Both the position numbers and the translations under genes were made by a program. The notes beneath the pieces are model-generated. The model did no database searches. It was not told the DNA's origin and saw only the letters and a list, made by a program, of their open reading frames with translations. A stretch of DNA of 63,972 nt, the filler included, from Reticulomyxa filosa (taxonomy: Eukaryota > Protista > Foraminifera), in NCBI GenBank assembly GCA_000512085.1. It is 24 parts of 24 records of this genome, joined end to end, with 100 filler letters (N's around TTAATTAATTAA, not from the genome) between each part and the next. Parts side by side here need not be neighbours in the genome. Positions count along the whole stretch, not along the records: positions 62,973 to 63,972 come from ASPP01044142.1; 23 more parts are not named here. The stretch is one strand, 5' to 3'. Positions 62,873-63,972 of the stretch are shown here, one piece after another. Position 1 is the first letter of the stretch, and every line of letters starts with the position of its first letter.

Positions 62873-63306
62873 NNNNNNNNNNNNNNNNNNNNNNNNNNNN
62901 NNNNNNNNNNNNNNNNTTAATTAATTAANNNNNNNNNNNNNNNNNNNNNNNNNNNNNNNNNNNNNNNNNNNNTGTGTTGTGTTTCTTTTGTTCCACTCTT
63001 TTATTTCATTTTTTTGGTATAAAAATCATATCAAAAACTTAATAAGTTAAAAACGAAATAACTTATCAATATTCATTTAAATTCATTTCTTATAAATTAT
63101 AATCTAAAATGTGTTACATATTTGATTAATTGATATAAAATTTTATTTAGCAATTGATCACATAAAAATATTACATAAAGTATTTTCAACTTTTTGCTAA
63201 GTAAATAAAATAACGAACTATCAATGAAAAGGTATTTGTATTTTTTAAGATAATTCATAAATATGGAGACATTGACTTTTTATTATGTATACCAACAAAA
63301 AAAATT

Positions 63307-63378
63307 GTCTGTGTGACATACAGGTAATTGTTTCTAAGTTAGATTAGAAAAATGCGTGTTCGATTCCCGCAACAGACA
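63307..63378 (+). tRNA. tRNA-like sequence, probably a pseudogene (6-nt anticodon loop)
   Basis: Acceptor GTCTGT/ACAGAC, D arm with GG, TCTAA/TTAGA stem, T arm GCGTG-TTCGATT-CCCGC. 72 nt. Confidence 0.5.
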
Positions 63379-63820
63379 TAAATTACGAAATTCAAGTGTC
63401 ATTTGATGAATTCTCTATTGGAAATTTGCAAAAATACTTTCAATTTGTTGTATATTATAATAAAAGATAGAAAGTTTTTTTTTCTCAAGACCTCCAAAAC
63501 CTCATTTTTTAAGCCAACATATCAAGCTGTTGTGATTTTTCATTTGGAATCTTAAACTAACTAGCACAAAGGCTAATGCATTGATAAGTCATTAGAAAAA
63601 AAATAAATTGATTTCATAAGGTTTTGTCTTGTGTCTTAGTAATTTTTGAAAAATAATACAGCAATTGTTCAAAACTCAGACATGAATAGTTGAAAAGCAC
63701 CAGTATTTTGCGAGAATTGACAACGGTTTGCTTCTTTCTCAAACATGATTGTTAAGCTGACAAAACCACATAAAACCAAACAAACCAACTGTGATGAGAA
63801 AATGGAAACCCCTAATTGTT

Positions 63821-63972
63821 TTAAAATCCAGCCATTTTTGCTGCTGCGGACAAAATGATCAATTCGTTGGTGATCTTTGACTTTCGCAATCCTTGGTAGA
63901 TTTTTTCGTATTCCTTCACTTTTTCTTCACAGTTCTTGGAGGCTGTGTCCATGGATCGCAAACGTGCGGCCT
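63821..63972 (-). CDS. ATP3: C-terminus of F1 ATP synthase gamma subunit
   Basis: AARLRSMDTASKNC...LRKSKITNELI..AAA follows the gamma consensus ARMxAMxxASxNA...RQxxITxEL. Confidence 0.75.
   Translation of the reverse strand, partial: AARLRSMDTASKNCEEKVKEYEKIYQGLRKSKITNELIILSAAAKMAGF

Noticed and set aside
3170-62972. Regularly recurring TTAATTAATTAA as a biological repeat or CRISPR-like array
   Set aside because: It is always centred in fixed-length N runs and is a standard six-frame-stop contig linker.

Overview
This window is not a contiguous locus. It is a pseudo-scaffold of 24 short pieces joined by 23 identical artificial linkers (about 44 N + TTAATTAATTAA six-frame stop + about 44 N), so neighbourhoods across linkers mean nothing. 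Almost all pieces are AT-rich, intron-containing eukaryotic DNA with many homopolymers and microsatellites. The expanded Kelch, WD40, RING/TRAF, caspase-like and PUB-ART families resemble those of the foraminiferan Reticulomyxa filosa (inference from family style). Recognisable genes: PAAF1/Rpn14-like WD40, lipase maturation factor, VPS13 N-terminus, CLN6-like membrane protein, ABHD13-like hydrolase tail, PWWP protein, SH3-membrane protein, Cache-domain receptor, WWE-PARP, RalGAP alpha, GH31 alpha-glucosidase, RING-H2 E3 and the ATP synthase gamma tail. One contig (42489-43940) is bacterial: an HTH-HATPase-STAS gene with RBS, promoter and REP-like palindromes. The most notable items are (i) a multi-copy CUE-like/PUB/toxin-type ADP-ribosyltransferase family, (ii) a 2.8-kb palindrome with 1133-bp arms carrying two convergent small genes, (iii) a Tc1/mariner relic and related MITEs inserted in decaying gene-family members, and (iv) an unnamed repeated protein module. 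All protein assignments come from motif recognition by eye. No database search was run.
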